A stretch of 64,000 nt of DNA from a virus (Duplodnaviria; Heunggongvirae; Uroviricota; Caudoviricetes), in the IMG/VR virus record IMGVR_UViG_3300005399_000003. The stretch is one strand, 5' to 3'. Numbering within the stretch: the first letter of the stretch is position 1; each line of letters begins with the position of its first letter. The position numbers and the translations under genes were made by a program. The notes beneath the pieces were generated by a model, which saw only the letters and a program-made list of their open reading frames with translations, had not been told where the DNA came from and did not search any database. Of this stretch, positions 36,117-45,107 are shown piece by piece.

Positions 36117-36167
36117 GTTGTGCTCCTGTTAGTCAGTTGTGACTTACTTTAGCAGGCAAATGAAGTC

Positions 36168-36479
36168 TCACCAACTGCCAAATTCAGGGCCGGAACTCTC
36201 GATGTCGATCAGGCGCTGGATCTCCGTCCACTCTGCGATCTGAAAGCGCTCCCAGGCAGATCGGGTCAGATAGACAGGCTGCGGGTTGATGAAATCAGGG
36301 GCGGCGATCAGAAACCCGCGGCTGTGCAGGGTGGCGCCGGCGTCGATGTCTGTGACATTGCGCACCATGAAGCCATCGGACTGCATGTAGACGGCATAGT
36401 CCTTCAGCTCGGGCATGGTCATGCTGTCAACAATGCGACGCAGGAGCCCGCCGGGGGTTCTGTCGACCTTTTCTACCAT
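36168..36479 (-). CDS. hypothetical protein with C-terminal EFGSW tail
   Basis: ATGGTAG overlap with the upstream gene. Confidence 0.5.
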   Translation of the reverse strand: MVEKVDRTPGGLLRRIVDSMTMPELKDYAVYMQSDGFMVRNVTDIDAGATLHSRGFLIAAPDFINPQPVYLTRSAWERFQIAEWTEIQRLIDIESSGPEFGSW

Positions 36480-37240
36480 TCACCGAAGGCCTCTTGCTGT
36501 TCAGCGCTGTCGAGGGTGAAGTCCTCTAGCTGCGAGACAAGCCTCTCTTCAGGAGAGGGTGGCAGCTCAGCTTTCTTCACCGGGATTTCAGTGCCGTCGC
36601 TGAGAACATAGACCAGCTGTCCGTCGGCTTTCCATAACAACTCGCCATCGGTCTCTTTGATGCTGATCTTTTGCTCAACCTGTTTGCTGGTATTGTGCCA
36701 TGCTTGAAGCACGTCAGATTCGATCTTAGCCGCGGAAATGGAGCCGCTTGCGATGGTTGAGCCTTCCAGCGCTATCGCCTTGCCCCACTCTGCCTCCATT
36801 TCCTTCATCTTATCTCTCGTAAGGATGCCGCCGGAGGCCTTGGGTGCGAAAGTGCCCATCCCGAGATGCGCGTCGAGCGCCTCTCTGGTAATGTCCCTCT
36901 TTGCCTTCATAAGATCAGCCTTGAGGAGGGTGTGATCCTTCCGCTCTTGCTCGACCATGGCGGTCTTTTCGCCTATGCTCGCTTTGTGGAATGCATCCTC
37001 CAGCTTCTTCGCGGCGGCGGTGAAGTCCTCGAAGCTCTTTGCTGCATCCCCAATCGACGATCCGGGCAGCTTTGTCCATTTCATTTCTGGAAACGTGGTC
37101 TTCACGGGCTCTTTTGGCTTGAGTGCTTCAGGCATATCCTTTGAGGCAGGCTTATCCGTCGAGAAGGGTTTGTCCAAACCACCCGGGCGACCTAGCAGTG
37201 CGCCGATGCCGTGTTTGATCTTTTGATTGACATAGCTCAT
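36473..37240 (-). CDS. hypothetical protein with C-terminal AFGEW tail
   Basis: 255-aa lysine/glutamate-rich protein. Confidence 0.5.
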   Translation of the reverse strand: MSYVNQKIKHGIGALLGRPGGLDKPFSTDKPASKDMPEALKPKEPVKTTFPEMKWTKLPGSSIGDAAKSFEDFTAAAKKLEDAFHKASIGEKTAMVEQERKDHTLLKADLMKAKRDITREALDAHLGMGTFAPKASGGILTRDKMKEMEAEWGKAIALEGSTIASGSISAAKIESDVLQAWHNTSKQVEQKISIKETDGELLWKADGQLVYVLSDGTEIPVKKAELPPSPEERLVSQLEDFTLDSAEQQEAFGEW

Positions 37241-37263
37241 GTTTTCCCTCGTATCCTTTCTTC

Positions 37264-37512
37264 ATGTCCGACCTCACCCTGCTAAAAATAGCCCAGATGA
37301 ACCCGTCTATGGTTCCCTTACATCTTATCGCCCGAGCGTATCTCCTCGGGGACGCCAAGGTGCGTGCCGCGATGATTGACAGAGCTTTGCAGGCGCAGGG
37401 TCACACCGAGATGCAGCGCCAGGCCATTCGATCGGTGTTGATGATAAGCAAAAGGGCCTCCTTGGAGGCCCTCGATGCGGCCGGAGCCTTCGACGCTTTG
37501 ACGTGCCACTAA
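37264..37512 (+). CDS. possible small + strand gene nested between minus-strand genes
   Basis: Protein-like ORF but no clear RBS; uncertain. Confidence 0.25.
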   Translation: MSDLTLLKIAQMNPSMVPLHLIARAYLLGDAKVRAAMIDRALQAQGHTEMQRQAIRSVLMISKRASLEALDAAGAFDALTCH

Positions 37513-38124
37513 TCAGGCGATGATATAGGGCCGCGTGATCCGCCGTTCGGGGAAGAGGGCGTTGTAGCGCATCACGAAGTTGGCGTAAGCGTAAGGGGGC
37601 AGCTGGGGGTTGATGATCACTTGGTCATCAGGGATGCACAGATGGGGCTCTGGCGGCGCGTAGTTCTCTTTGAGGTCGCGCACTTCGGTGTTGAGCATGA
37701 TGGCGTCGAGTTCTTTGATTTCGGCGCAATCCCACATGTCAGGGTCGATTTCGTGATCTTCAAAGATCATCCGGGTGACGTTGGTCTCATGCCCCTTGAT
37801 GGAGGGACACTTGCGTTTCAGGGGCGTGACAATCTCGCCGATCCAAGCTTCGCCTGCATCATGCAGTAGGGCTGCGCGGGCAAGGTCGATATTGCTACCC
37901 TCATGCAAATCCTCGGCCCAATACGACATGATGGTCGAATGCTGTGCGACGGAGTAATACCCGTTGGTATAGCCGTTAAAACGGCTCTGGTTCGCCAATG
38001 AGATGGCGACAGTTGACATGTCGATCATGTCTCGCTGAGGGTTTGTGAAGTCAATCTTGGCTCCACCCAGTGTCCAAAGTTCCGTGTCTTTGGTTTCCAT
38101 CATTGTCGTGACTGGCAATGTCAT
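37513..38124 (-). CDS. HD-domain 5'-deoxynucleotidase (YfbR-like)
   Basis: YSVAQHS, LLHDAGEAWIGEIVTP matches YfbR VSEHS, YHDASEVLTGDLPTP. Confidence 0.7.
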   Translation of the reverse strand: MTLPVTTMMETKDTELWTLGGAKIDFTNPQRDMIDMSTVAISLANQSRFNGYTNGYYSVAQHSTIMSYWAEDLHEGSNIDLARAALLHDAGEAWIGEIVTPLKRKCPSIKGHETNVTRMIFEDHEIDPDMWDCAEIKELDAIMLNTEVRDLKENYAPPEPHLCIPDDQVIINPQLPPYAYANFVMRYNALFPERRITRPYIIA

Positions 38125-38738
38125 GCTCCCGTTCTCAATCGCGTATCTCTAGCGCCGTTAATCCAATCTGTGAGGGGTGATTGAAGAATCGCTCTCCGAA
38201 GGCCTTCCAAAGAAGTCCCTGGATTATGAATGGTGAAGTCCACCAGGCTACGATCGTAGCTGTCGAACTCCCACTCACTAGCTTCCTTTAGCCCGCTCAA
38301 TACCTCTACGACGACACCACCAGCTCTTTTGTAAGCCGCGCCCTGCTGTCTTCGTACACTTCCAAAGCTGTAACCGTTGGGTGACTTATTGTCACCCCAA
38401 AACTGTCCCGAGGGTGTCACATTTTGTCGCAAGACGGAACGAATAGCGATTTCAGGAATTGCTTCATCCCCCAAAAGCGCTTCCACAAGATTGCCATATT
38501 CCCCAAGCAGCTGTCGAACTTGCCATTTCTTGCCGAAAACCGTGACGAAACGTAGCTTTCCTTCTTGAGAATATACGTCTTCAGGGGTCAGGCCCGCAAG
38601 GTCCATGACGTGACGCCGGATGATGTCGCCATCGTCCACTGGCTCGATTCCGAATAGTTCGGTAAGTAAGCGCTGAGTTGTTGTTTTCCCTGAGCCTGGA
38701 GCGCCGCAGAGTGCGATCAAAGTCGATGTTCTCGACAT
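38121..38738 (-). CDS. deoxynucleoside monophosphate kinase (T4 gp1-like P-loop kinase)
   Basis: GAPGSGKTT P-loop. KWQVRQLLGEYGNLVEALLGDEAIPEIAI parallels T4 gp1 QWSVRRLMQALGTDLIVNNFDRMYW. Confidence 0.55.
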   Translation of the reverse strand: MSRTSTLIALCGAPGSGKTTTQRLLTELFGIEPVDDGDIIRRHVMDLAGLTPEDVYSQEGKLRFVTVFGKKWQVRQLLGEYGNLVEALLGDEAIPEIAIRSVLRQNVTPSGQFWGDNKSPNGYSFGSVRRQQGAAYKRAGGVVVEVLSGLKEASEWEFDSYDRSLVDFTIHNPGTSLEGLRRAILQSPLTDWINGARDTRLRTGA

Positions 38739-38795
38739 GTTCTTTCCTTGGTTGGAATCAGTGTTAGCTGACTATAGCAGCAAGCCGCCGCGCTG

Positions 38796-40286
38796 TTAAG
38801 CGGCGAGCTTGAAGCCAAGACCAAGGGCGTCGAACTCCTGACCCTTCTTGAGGATGTTTTCAGCGAAGCCCGGGGTTGCCTCGACAATGGCCCTGCGAGC
38901 GCGGGCGTGCTTCTTGAGGTACTTGTTGCCGATGTCGCTGTAGTCCACGACGAAGCAGATGTTCGGAAGCCCACCTTTCTTTTCTCGCAGACCGCGCCCG
39001 ATGCGCTGGCGCAATGCGACCTCAGCTTTCCCGCCCCCGGCAAGAATCACCATCCCTACGGCCGGCACGTCCACACCCACATCGAGAATGGTCGAGCCGA
39101 TCAGCACTGCGGTCTCGCCAGACTTTAGGCGATTGAGGGCGCGCTGACGCTGGTCATTATCATGGGCGCCGTGAATGAACTCTGTGGCAAATCCTAATTT
39201 GCGGCAGTTGTCTCGTAGCGTAACTCCATGTGCCTTACGCTGCACCAAGATCATCACCGGCAGTCCGAGCTTTCGGGCGAACTCGACGCGAGACACAATA
39301 TCGGCATTGCGCATGTCGTTCTTCACCACACCGATGTCATACGCTTTCTGCCAGCTGTAGAACTGCTTGAGGTCTTTGGGCGGCGGGACATCGCGATACT
39401 GGAAGATCGGACGTGCAAGGATGTTGCGCTCGATCAGCATCTTCTCGGGGATGCTAATGCCGATCTGACCCGAGACACCCATGAGCCGCATATTGGCCTC
39501 TGCATCCGCGCGCATGAACGGGGTCGCGGTCAGGGCAAGCCTGTATCGCGCGTTCACCATCTCATTCATCACCTTGAAGTACGTCTCCGACCCCGCCTCA
39601 TGCGCCTCCTCAAGAATGCAAAACTCGAACATATGCAGCAGCTTGGTGGTGGCGCCCATGGTTTCGGGGTTCGACAGCCGCGCATCGAGGGTTTGGATCA
39701 TACCGACGTTCACCCCGCGGGTTGGACGCCATTCGCCGTCACCCATAACGCCCACCTTGAAGCCGGCTTGCTCAAAGCCGTCCTTCATCTGGTACATCAG
39801 CACCTGACGTGTCGTGATAAACAGGGTAGGGCGCATGATGCGTTTCACCGCGGTGCGTGCGATCATCGACTTGCCGCCACCGGTAGCGACCTGGGCGATC
39901 ATAGCGCCGTACTTCTCAAGCCTGCGTACCGTCTCGGGCTGATAGTCATACCGAGGGTCGATGTCGAAGGGGTTCACAGCCGCGTAAGCCTCATCCAGGG
40001 GCGGGCCTAACGGGGCGGGTAGGGGCTTTCTGCGTACCGTGACCTGATAACCCTCCTGACGCAGCTTATCGACCGCAGAGGCCAGAAAGCCCGCAGGGAA
40101 GATGCCTGTCGAAAACTCCAGAAAGCTTGTGCGCCCATCCCAGCCTTGGTTCTTACCCCGGCCTGTATGCTCGGCTCCGTCCACATAGTAGCTGAGCTGA
40201 TCCGAGACGATTAGCTTCGCCTCGATGTCGGCTTCCATCATGCGGGCCTTCACCGCATTCGCAACTATGAGAACATGCTCAGACAT
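38796..40286 (-). CDS. superfamily-2 DEAD/DEAH-box DNA helicase
   Basis: ATGGGKS (motif I), ILEEAHE (motif II), LTATP (motif III), QRIGRGLR (motif VI). Confidence 0.8.
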   Translation of the reverse strand: MSEHVLIVANAVKARMMEADIEAKLIVSDQLSYYVDGAEHTGRGKNQGWDGRTSFLEFSTGIFPAGFLASAVDKLRQEGYQVTVRRKPLPAPLGPPLDEAYAAVNPFDIDPRYDYQPETVRRLEKYGAMIAQVATGGGKSMIARTAVKRIMRPTLFITTRQVLMYQMKDGFEQAGFKVGVMGDGEWRPTRGVNVGMIQTLDARLSNPETMGATTKLLHMFEFCILEEAHEAGSETYFKVMNEMVNARYRLALTATPFMRADAEANMRLMGVSGQIGISIPEKMLIERNILARPIFQYRDVPPPKDLKQFYSWQKAYDIGVVKNDMRNADIVSRVEFARKLGLPVMILVQRKAHGVTLRDNCRKLGFATEFIHGAHDNDQRQRALNRLKSGETAVLIGSTILDVGVDVPAVGMVILAGGGKAEVALRQRIGRGLREKKGGLPNICFVVDYSDIGNKYLKKHARARRAIVEATPGFAENILKKGQEFDALGLGFKLAA

Positions 40287-40373
40287 GACATTACCTTGCT
40301 ACAAAGGGGTTTATCTTATACATTATAACTCAGAAATGACTTACCTTATACCCCTCCTTCAGGCAAGGACAGC

Positions 40374-41030
40374 ATGAACCTCATCCATACAGATCCCCGC
40401 ACATTAAGCCCAAATCCCTGGAACCCGAACCATGTCTCCCCGGAAGGTATGGAGCGTCTCACCGAAAGTCTTCGGCGCCACGGCTGGGTAAAGCCCGCGC
40501 TTGTGCGTGAGACAGACACGGGCCTTGAAATCCTCGGCGGTCAACATCGCATCGAAGCCTCGATCGTCCTGGGCAATGAGACAGTCCCGGTTCTCAATCT
40601 CGGTCGCTTGAGTGACGAGCGCGCCAAGGAGATCGGTCTGATCGACAACGCCCGTTACGGTAGCGATGACGCGGATGAACTGGCGGCCATCATCAAAGAC
40701 CTTGGCGGCAGCGAGATCATCTCGGAGTTTCTACCCTTCTCTGATGCCGAACTGGCCTCCCTCGCGACCGACATTGATGTGGATGACATCGACGACATGA
40801 TCGACGGCACCCACGACAGCACCGGTGAGCCGGAAGAGAAGCCCGAGCGGCCGCCCAAGACCCACACCATCATGCGCTTCAAGATCTCCATTCAAGACGA
40901 AGACCTGGTGCGGGAGCTGATCGAGGAGATCAAACGAGATCAGGAGTTCGTCGAGGAAGACGATCTCACCAATGCCGGGGATGCCCTGGTCTATCTTGCT
41001 CAACAAATGAAGGAAGCCGAACATGGCTAA
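40374..41030 (+). CDS. ParB/Srx-like nuclease-domain protein
   Basis: LEILGGQHR ParB N-domain motif and an acidic C-terminus. Confidence 0.7.
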   Translation: MNLIHTDPRTLSPNPWNPNHVSPEGMERLTESLRRHGWVKPALVRETDTGLEILGGQHRIEASIVLGNETVPVLNLGRLSDERAKEIGLIDNARYGSDDADELAAIIKDLGGSEIISEFLPFSDAELASLATDIDVDDIDDMIDGTHDSTGEPEEKPERPPKTHTIMRFKISIQDEDLVRELIEEIKRDQEFVEEDDLTNAGDALVYLAQQMKEAEHG

Positions 41031-41703
41031 AGAGATCGACATCAACGACCTCTCCATTGAGGCAGTCGACATCGACTACCCCAAACCAGCGGAGAACAAC
41101 AACAAGGTTCACACGCCCGCATCTGTCGCGCGTCAGGCTAAGTCCCTCGCGGCCCTCGGGCAGATCACCCCGATCATCCTGGCTGAAGACGGCGAGATCA
41201 TCGCCGGACACGGTCGGGTCATGGCTGCCAAAGAGCTTGGCTGGAAGAAGATCAAGGCCATCACGCTGCCTGTTGACGCCGAGACGGCGCGCAAGATGCG
41301 CATTGCTGACAACCTCGCATCGAACCAAAACTACGACATCGACGCACTGACCAACGAGCTGAAGGACTTGAACCTTCGCGACGAGCTGGAAAACTTCATC
41401 GGCGACGATCGGATGATCGACAATCTGGAAACCGCGCTCGACACGCTGGCGGAGATGGATCGCGACAGCTTCGTCAAAGACCTCGATGAAGCCGTGGATG
41501 TCTACGCCTCGGAATCCGACGGCTTGATGGATGAAATCGACCAGAAGGATGTGATGCTCAAGACTGTCTTTGAGTTCAATGGCCTCAAACCCAAGGAGGC
41601 GCGGCGGGTCAATCTGTTCATGGCGCTGATCAAGGGCAAGAGCGGCGCGGAGGCAAAAGAAGCCTTCCTTGAGCATGTGGAGAAGACCATTGCCGAAGGA
41701 TGA
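41023..41703 (+). CDS. ParB/Srx-like nuclease-domain protein (second copy)
   Basis: IIAGHGRVMAAKELGW motif. Confidence 0.7.
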   Translation: MAKEIDINDLSIEAVDIDYPKPAENNNKVHTPASVARQAKSLAALGQITPIILAEDGEIIAGHGRVMAAKELGWKKIKAITLPVDAETARKMRIADNLASNQNYDIDALTNELKDLNLRDELENFIGDDRMIDNLETALDTLAEMDRDSFVKDLDEAVDVYASESDGLMDEIDQKDVMLKTVFEFNGLKPKEARRVNLFMALIKGKSGAEAKEAFLEHVEKTIAEG

Positions 41704-42055
41704 GAATAGCAATGTTCGGCCGCTGTTTGCCGACATTCGCACGCCCGAAGAGCTTTCAAGCGCCGCTGAGCTTTACGAAGAGCGCTGCAAGTCCAGTTCG
41801 ATCCGCGACACGGTCGCTCAGTTTCAGAGCCAGATCGCAGAGGTCGGTGACGAAAACATCCATGGCGTGATCTGCATGGTCATCACCAAGGATCCGTCTC
41901 AGGGGACGTATTCTTTCACGCCATCATGCTACGAGACCGACATGGCCTATGCGATGACAGTCGCCACGCTCGCCATGCTGGAGCGCCTAATCCACGACGA
42001 AGCTGAGAACTTCCGCATCGAGGGTTTGGTCGAAGACTGCGAAGACGATCTCTGA
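41669..42055 (+). CDS. hypothetical protein
   Basis: ORF; start uncertain. Confidence 0.4.
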   Translation: MSMWRRPLPKDENSNVRPLFADIRTPEELSSAAELYEERCKSSSIRDTVAQFQSQIAEVGDENIHGVICMVITKDPSQGTYSFTPSCYETDMAYAMTVATLAMLERLIHDEAENFRIEGLVEDCEDDL

Positions 42056-42092
42056 CGAGAGACGCCCGAAGACCCTTCTTATGGAGGGCTTC

Positions 42093-42758
42093 ATGTCCAA
42101 CTCTACCCATCACGTCATCAACGTGAGCTTCCCCACACAGGTCAAAAAGACCGACCGCGTCATCGACGTGGCCGAAAGCTTCGGCATTGGTCTGGCTGAC
42201 GGGCAATTCACCATCTTCAAGGACTTCGAGGTCGATCTTGAGCAAGGCGCTCGGGTCTACATCACCGGTCAGTCTGGCGCCGGCAAGTCGATCCTGCTGC
42301 GCGAGCTTGAGCGTCAACTGAGCGAGGCGGGCAAAAGTGTCGCCAATATCGACAACGTGGAGCTCGATCCCGATCTGCCGCTGATCGACCAGCTCGGCAA
42401 ATCCACCAACGAAGCCACGCGGCTGCTAACCACCGCGGGGATCACGGATGCCTATCTCTTCGTGCGCAAGCCCGGTGAGCTTTCTGACGGTCAGCGATAC
42501 CGGGCTCGGCTGGCAAAGGTGCTTGAAGCCGATGCTGATGTTTGGGTCGCTGACGAGTTTGGCGCTGTTCTTGACCGTGTTGTCGCAAAAGCCGTGGCTT
42601 ACGGGATCGCTAAGAACGCGGTGCGTTTGGGTAAGACCCTGATCGTCGCGACCACACACCTCGATCTGAAAGAAGAGATCGGGCCGACGCTTTTCGTCAA
42701 CAAGCGCTACCACGACCGCATCGAGGTTGAGCAGAACGACGTGGAGCCGAGCGCATGA
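42093..42758 (+). CDS. soluble ABC-type ATPase
   Basis: GGAGGG RBS before ATG 42093. Walker A GQSGAGKS, signature LSDGQRYR, Walker B VWVADEFGAVLD, H-loop TTHLD. Confidence 0.7.
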   Translation: MSNSTHHVINVSFPTQVKKTDRVIDVAESFGIGLADGQFTIFKDFEVDLEQGARVYITGQSGAGKSILLRELERQLSEAGKSVANIDNVELDPDLPLIDQLGKSTNEATRLLTTAGITDAYLFVRKPGELSDGQRYRARLAKVLEADADVWVADEFGAVLDRVVAKAVAYGIAKNAVRLGKTLIVATTHLDLKEEIGPTLFVNKRYHDRIEVEQNDVEPSA

Positions 42759-42938
42759 TCCCGTCCATTTCGACGCTGCTGAACTTAGCGCTACCCCCTT
42801 ATGCCCATCACAAGCTTTGGCTTGCCCTAGATCGCGCTGTGAACGGGGCTGCAAGCGCTGTGAAGCGCCCTTGCAAGGGCACCCCCATGAACGCCCGAAA
42901 ACGCGCTCAGAAGCGCGCCCAGCAAGGGAGTGACAAGA

Positions 42939-43802
42939 ATGCCTGAAGACTTTGCCACCGAGATCGTCTGCGACCCGCAGGCCAAACCTGCATTCCCGCT
43001 GTTGTCGGAGATGTACGTCGAGCGCGGCACGCAGGAAGATTGGAACCTGCTGCACCATCTGCACTACAAGTCCGACCACAACCCTATCGGCGCGCGCTAC
43101 TATCGCCTTGTGTTGGACGGTGAGACAATCGGCGTCTGCGGGATCACCCAGCCCCGGCCCTTGGGCAAGGAGCGTCATCAGATTTGGAAGAAGCTCACGC
43201 CGGGGAATGACACCAAGGCCTCGAACCGCTTTCGGTACAAGTGGGTCAACAAGAACATCGTGGTGATCGGCCGCATTGTGCTGGACACGATGTACCGCGG
43301 CGTGGGCGCCTCGTATCGCTTTCAGAACATTGTTGCCCGCAAGTCTGGCATGCCGATTGTCGAGATCATGTCCTCGATGTCGAAGTACAATCCCTTCGCG
43401 CAGAAGGCGGGGTTTGAGTTCGTGCGCCCCATGCGGTCGAACAAGTTCGATGTCGGCATGAAGTTCTTCCGGGCCAACTTCGATGCGCACCCCGCCGATC
43501 TCGATGGACTGCTCAAAGAGATCGACGCAATGCCTGAGGCCGCCCGGGGCTTGATGGTCGATCGTATCAAGACGTTCTACTACCGCCACTCCGCCAACGA
43601 GAAGACGGGTGACGCCCGCGACATCGGGCAGGAGCGGGTGCGTAACATGAGCACGAGCCTTGTCTTGCGTCAGTTGCAGCAGCTGGTGCTCTCAACGCCG
43701 CTTTACGGGGTCTACATGAACCCGGACTTCGGGCGCGATCTTCCCGATCAAATCCCACTCACCGCTTTTGATGCTCAACCGACGACGGAGCCGCTGAAAT
43801 GA
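42939..43802 (+). CDS. GNAT-like acetyltransferase-fold protein with C-terminal extension
   Basis: AAGGGAG RBS. GRIVLDTMYRGVGASYRF is motif-A-like. Confidence 0.45.
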   Translation: MPEDFATEIVCDPQAKPAFPLLSEMYVERGTQEDWNLLHHLHYKSDHNPIGARYYRLVLDGETIGVCGITQPRPLGKERHQIWKKLTPGNDTKASNRFRYKWVNKNIVVIGRIVLDTMYRGVGASYRFQNIVARKSGMPIVEIMSSMSKYNPFAQKAGFEFVRPMRSNKFDVGMKFFRANFDAHPADLDGLLKEIDAMPEAARGLMVDRIKTFYYRHSANEKTGDARDIGQERVRNMSTSLVLRQLQQLVLSTPLYGVYMNPDFGRDLPDQIPLTAFDAQPTTEPLK

Positions 43803-44119
43803 TGACCTATGAGAAAGACCCATATCGTCTGACCAAGAAGCAGATGCATGTGCTTTCTGTAATCGCCCGAGGCGGGGATGATGGTGACTTCCTCGACCTC
43901 GATCAGCTCTTGGAGAAGATCAACTATGAGACGACCAAAGCCTCGATGCACTTCACGCTCCGAGGCCTGCTGCGTCGGGGTATGATCGAGAAGAAGGGCC
44001 AGGAGCTGCGCCGAGGGCGTCAGCGCTTGGTGTTGGCCCCGACAGTGAAAGGGCAGGGCATGGTGCGCACCGACAGCTCCGGTGGCGGGGTTGTGATGGA
44101 GGGATTCGACGAGGTCTAG
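43799..44119 (+). CDS. winged-helix DNA-binding protein
   Basis: LTKKQMHVLSVIARGG...MHFTLRGLLRRGMIEK has an ArsR/MarR-like wHTH pattern. Confidence 0.45.
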   Translation: MMTYEKDPYRLTKKQMHVLSVIARGGDDGDFLDLDQLLEKINYETTKASMHFTLRGLLRRGMIEKKGQELRRGRQRLVLAPTVKGQGMVRTDSSGGGVVMEGFDEV

Positions 44120-44490
44120 GCCCGAGGATGCCTGTCAACCGAAAAGCGAAGGACAGGGGTGCGACATATTGTCACCACATCGCTAAGAATCATTCCCCCT
44201 GTCCCTCTACTCGCTTCACTCGTAGAGTGTACTAGTAAGTAAATATAAGTCAATTAGTATTTAGCGGATGTGGTGACACTATGTCGCACCCAAAGGACTT
44301 GACATAAAATCAGCCACTTAGGCGATTCTGGCTCCTCGGGAAGATAAGTAAGCGCTGACTTGTATGTTATCGCCTAATCGCTTATACTTAGGACACCACC
44401 CGGTATCCGGTTTTCCCTGTTCACGGTCCTCGGGTGTCTCTCGTCAGGCCCGCTCTTTCGGGAGCGGGCCACCCTAATTCAGCAGGAACC
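44120..44490. promoter_or_regulatory. AT-rich non-coding region with 24-bp inverted repeats; candidate pac/cos or late-control region
   Basis: GGTGCGACATATTGTCACCACATC at 44156 pairs with GATGTGGTGACACTATGTCGCACC at 44267. Further inverted repeats and a GGCCCGCTC-TTTCGG-GAGCGGGCC hairpin at 44446-44472. Confidence 0.5.
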
Positions 44491-44492
44491 TC

Positions 44493-45107
44493 ATGGCAGG
44501 CGAGAAATCTGAACCCCACCATCGGAAGATGACGCCCTTGGATTACGCCAAGGCGCGGCGCTTGTATGAAATGGGCACGGCGACCCTCGCGGAGCTTGCC
44601 GAGCAGTTCGGGGTTCACCCCTCGTCGCTGCACGAACGCTTCAAGCGCGACGGTGTGGTCAAGGGCTCTCGGGTGTCCGAGGCGCTTGAGAAGATGGACG
44701 AGGTCATCGCCAACGACGCTGAACAGCTGATGAAGCGCGTCACGGACACCAAAGAACAACACTACCGCTACGCCGAGGCGCTCTCGAAGATGACCATGCA
44801 GGCCATTATTGACACGCGCCAGAAGGGCAAACCCATCGCCGCCGCGGATGGTGATCTCGCTGCGCTCAACAAGGCCGCCAAGACGCTCGAAGTGCTGCGC
44901 AAGGAGCGCTACAAGCTTTTGGGCCTCGATGACGATGGCGGCGATCCCAACGAGAATGAAGAAATCCTGATCTCCGAAATGACGGATGAGCAGATCGACG
45001 AACTGCGCCAAGCCGCCAACCCGAATGTCGATAACTCCGAGGGCATCGAGACCCTCTTGGAGGACATCGACATCGTTGATGAGGGGCTGGAGGGCCTTGA
45101 GCAGTGA
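44493..45107 (+). CDS. terminase small subunit (putative)
   Basis: HTH LAELAEQFGVHPSSLHERFKR, immediately upstream of TerL. Confidence 0.55.
   Translation: MAGEKSEPHHRKMTPLDYAKARRLYEMGTATLAELAEQFGVHPSSLHERFKRDGVVKGSRVSEALEKMDEVIANDAEQLMKRVTDTKEQHYRYAEALSKMTMQAIIDTRQKGKPIAAADGDLAALNKAAKTLEVLRKERYKLLGLDDDGGDPNENEEILISEMTDEQIDELRQAANPNVDNSEGIETLLEDIDIVDEGLEGLEQ

Noticed and set aside
38121-38738. Polynucleotide 5'-kinase (T4 Pnk N-terminal domain) to pair with the phosphatase homolog
   Set aside because: The sequence aligns better with T4 gp1 dNMP kinase (KWQVRQLLGEYGN block) than with the Pnk kinase domain. The phosphatase is treated as stand-alone.
42093-42758. ABC ATPase as ParA partner of the ParB-like proteins
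   Set aside because: Walker A is canonical GxxGxGKS, not the deviant KGGxxK[ST] of ParA/MinD. It has an ABC signature and H-loop instead.
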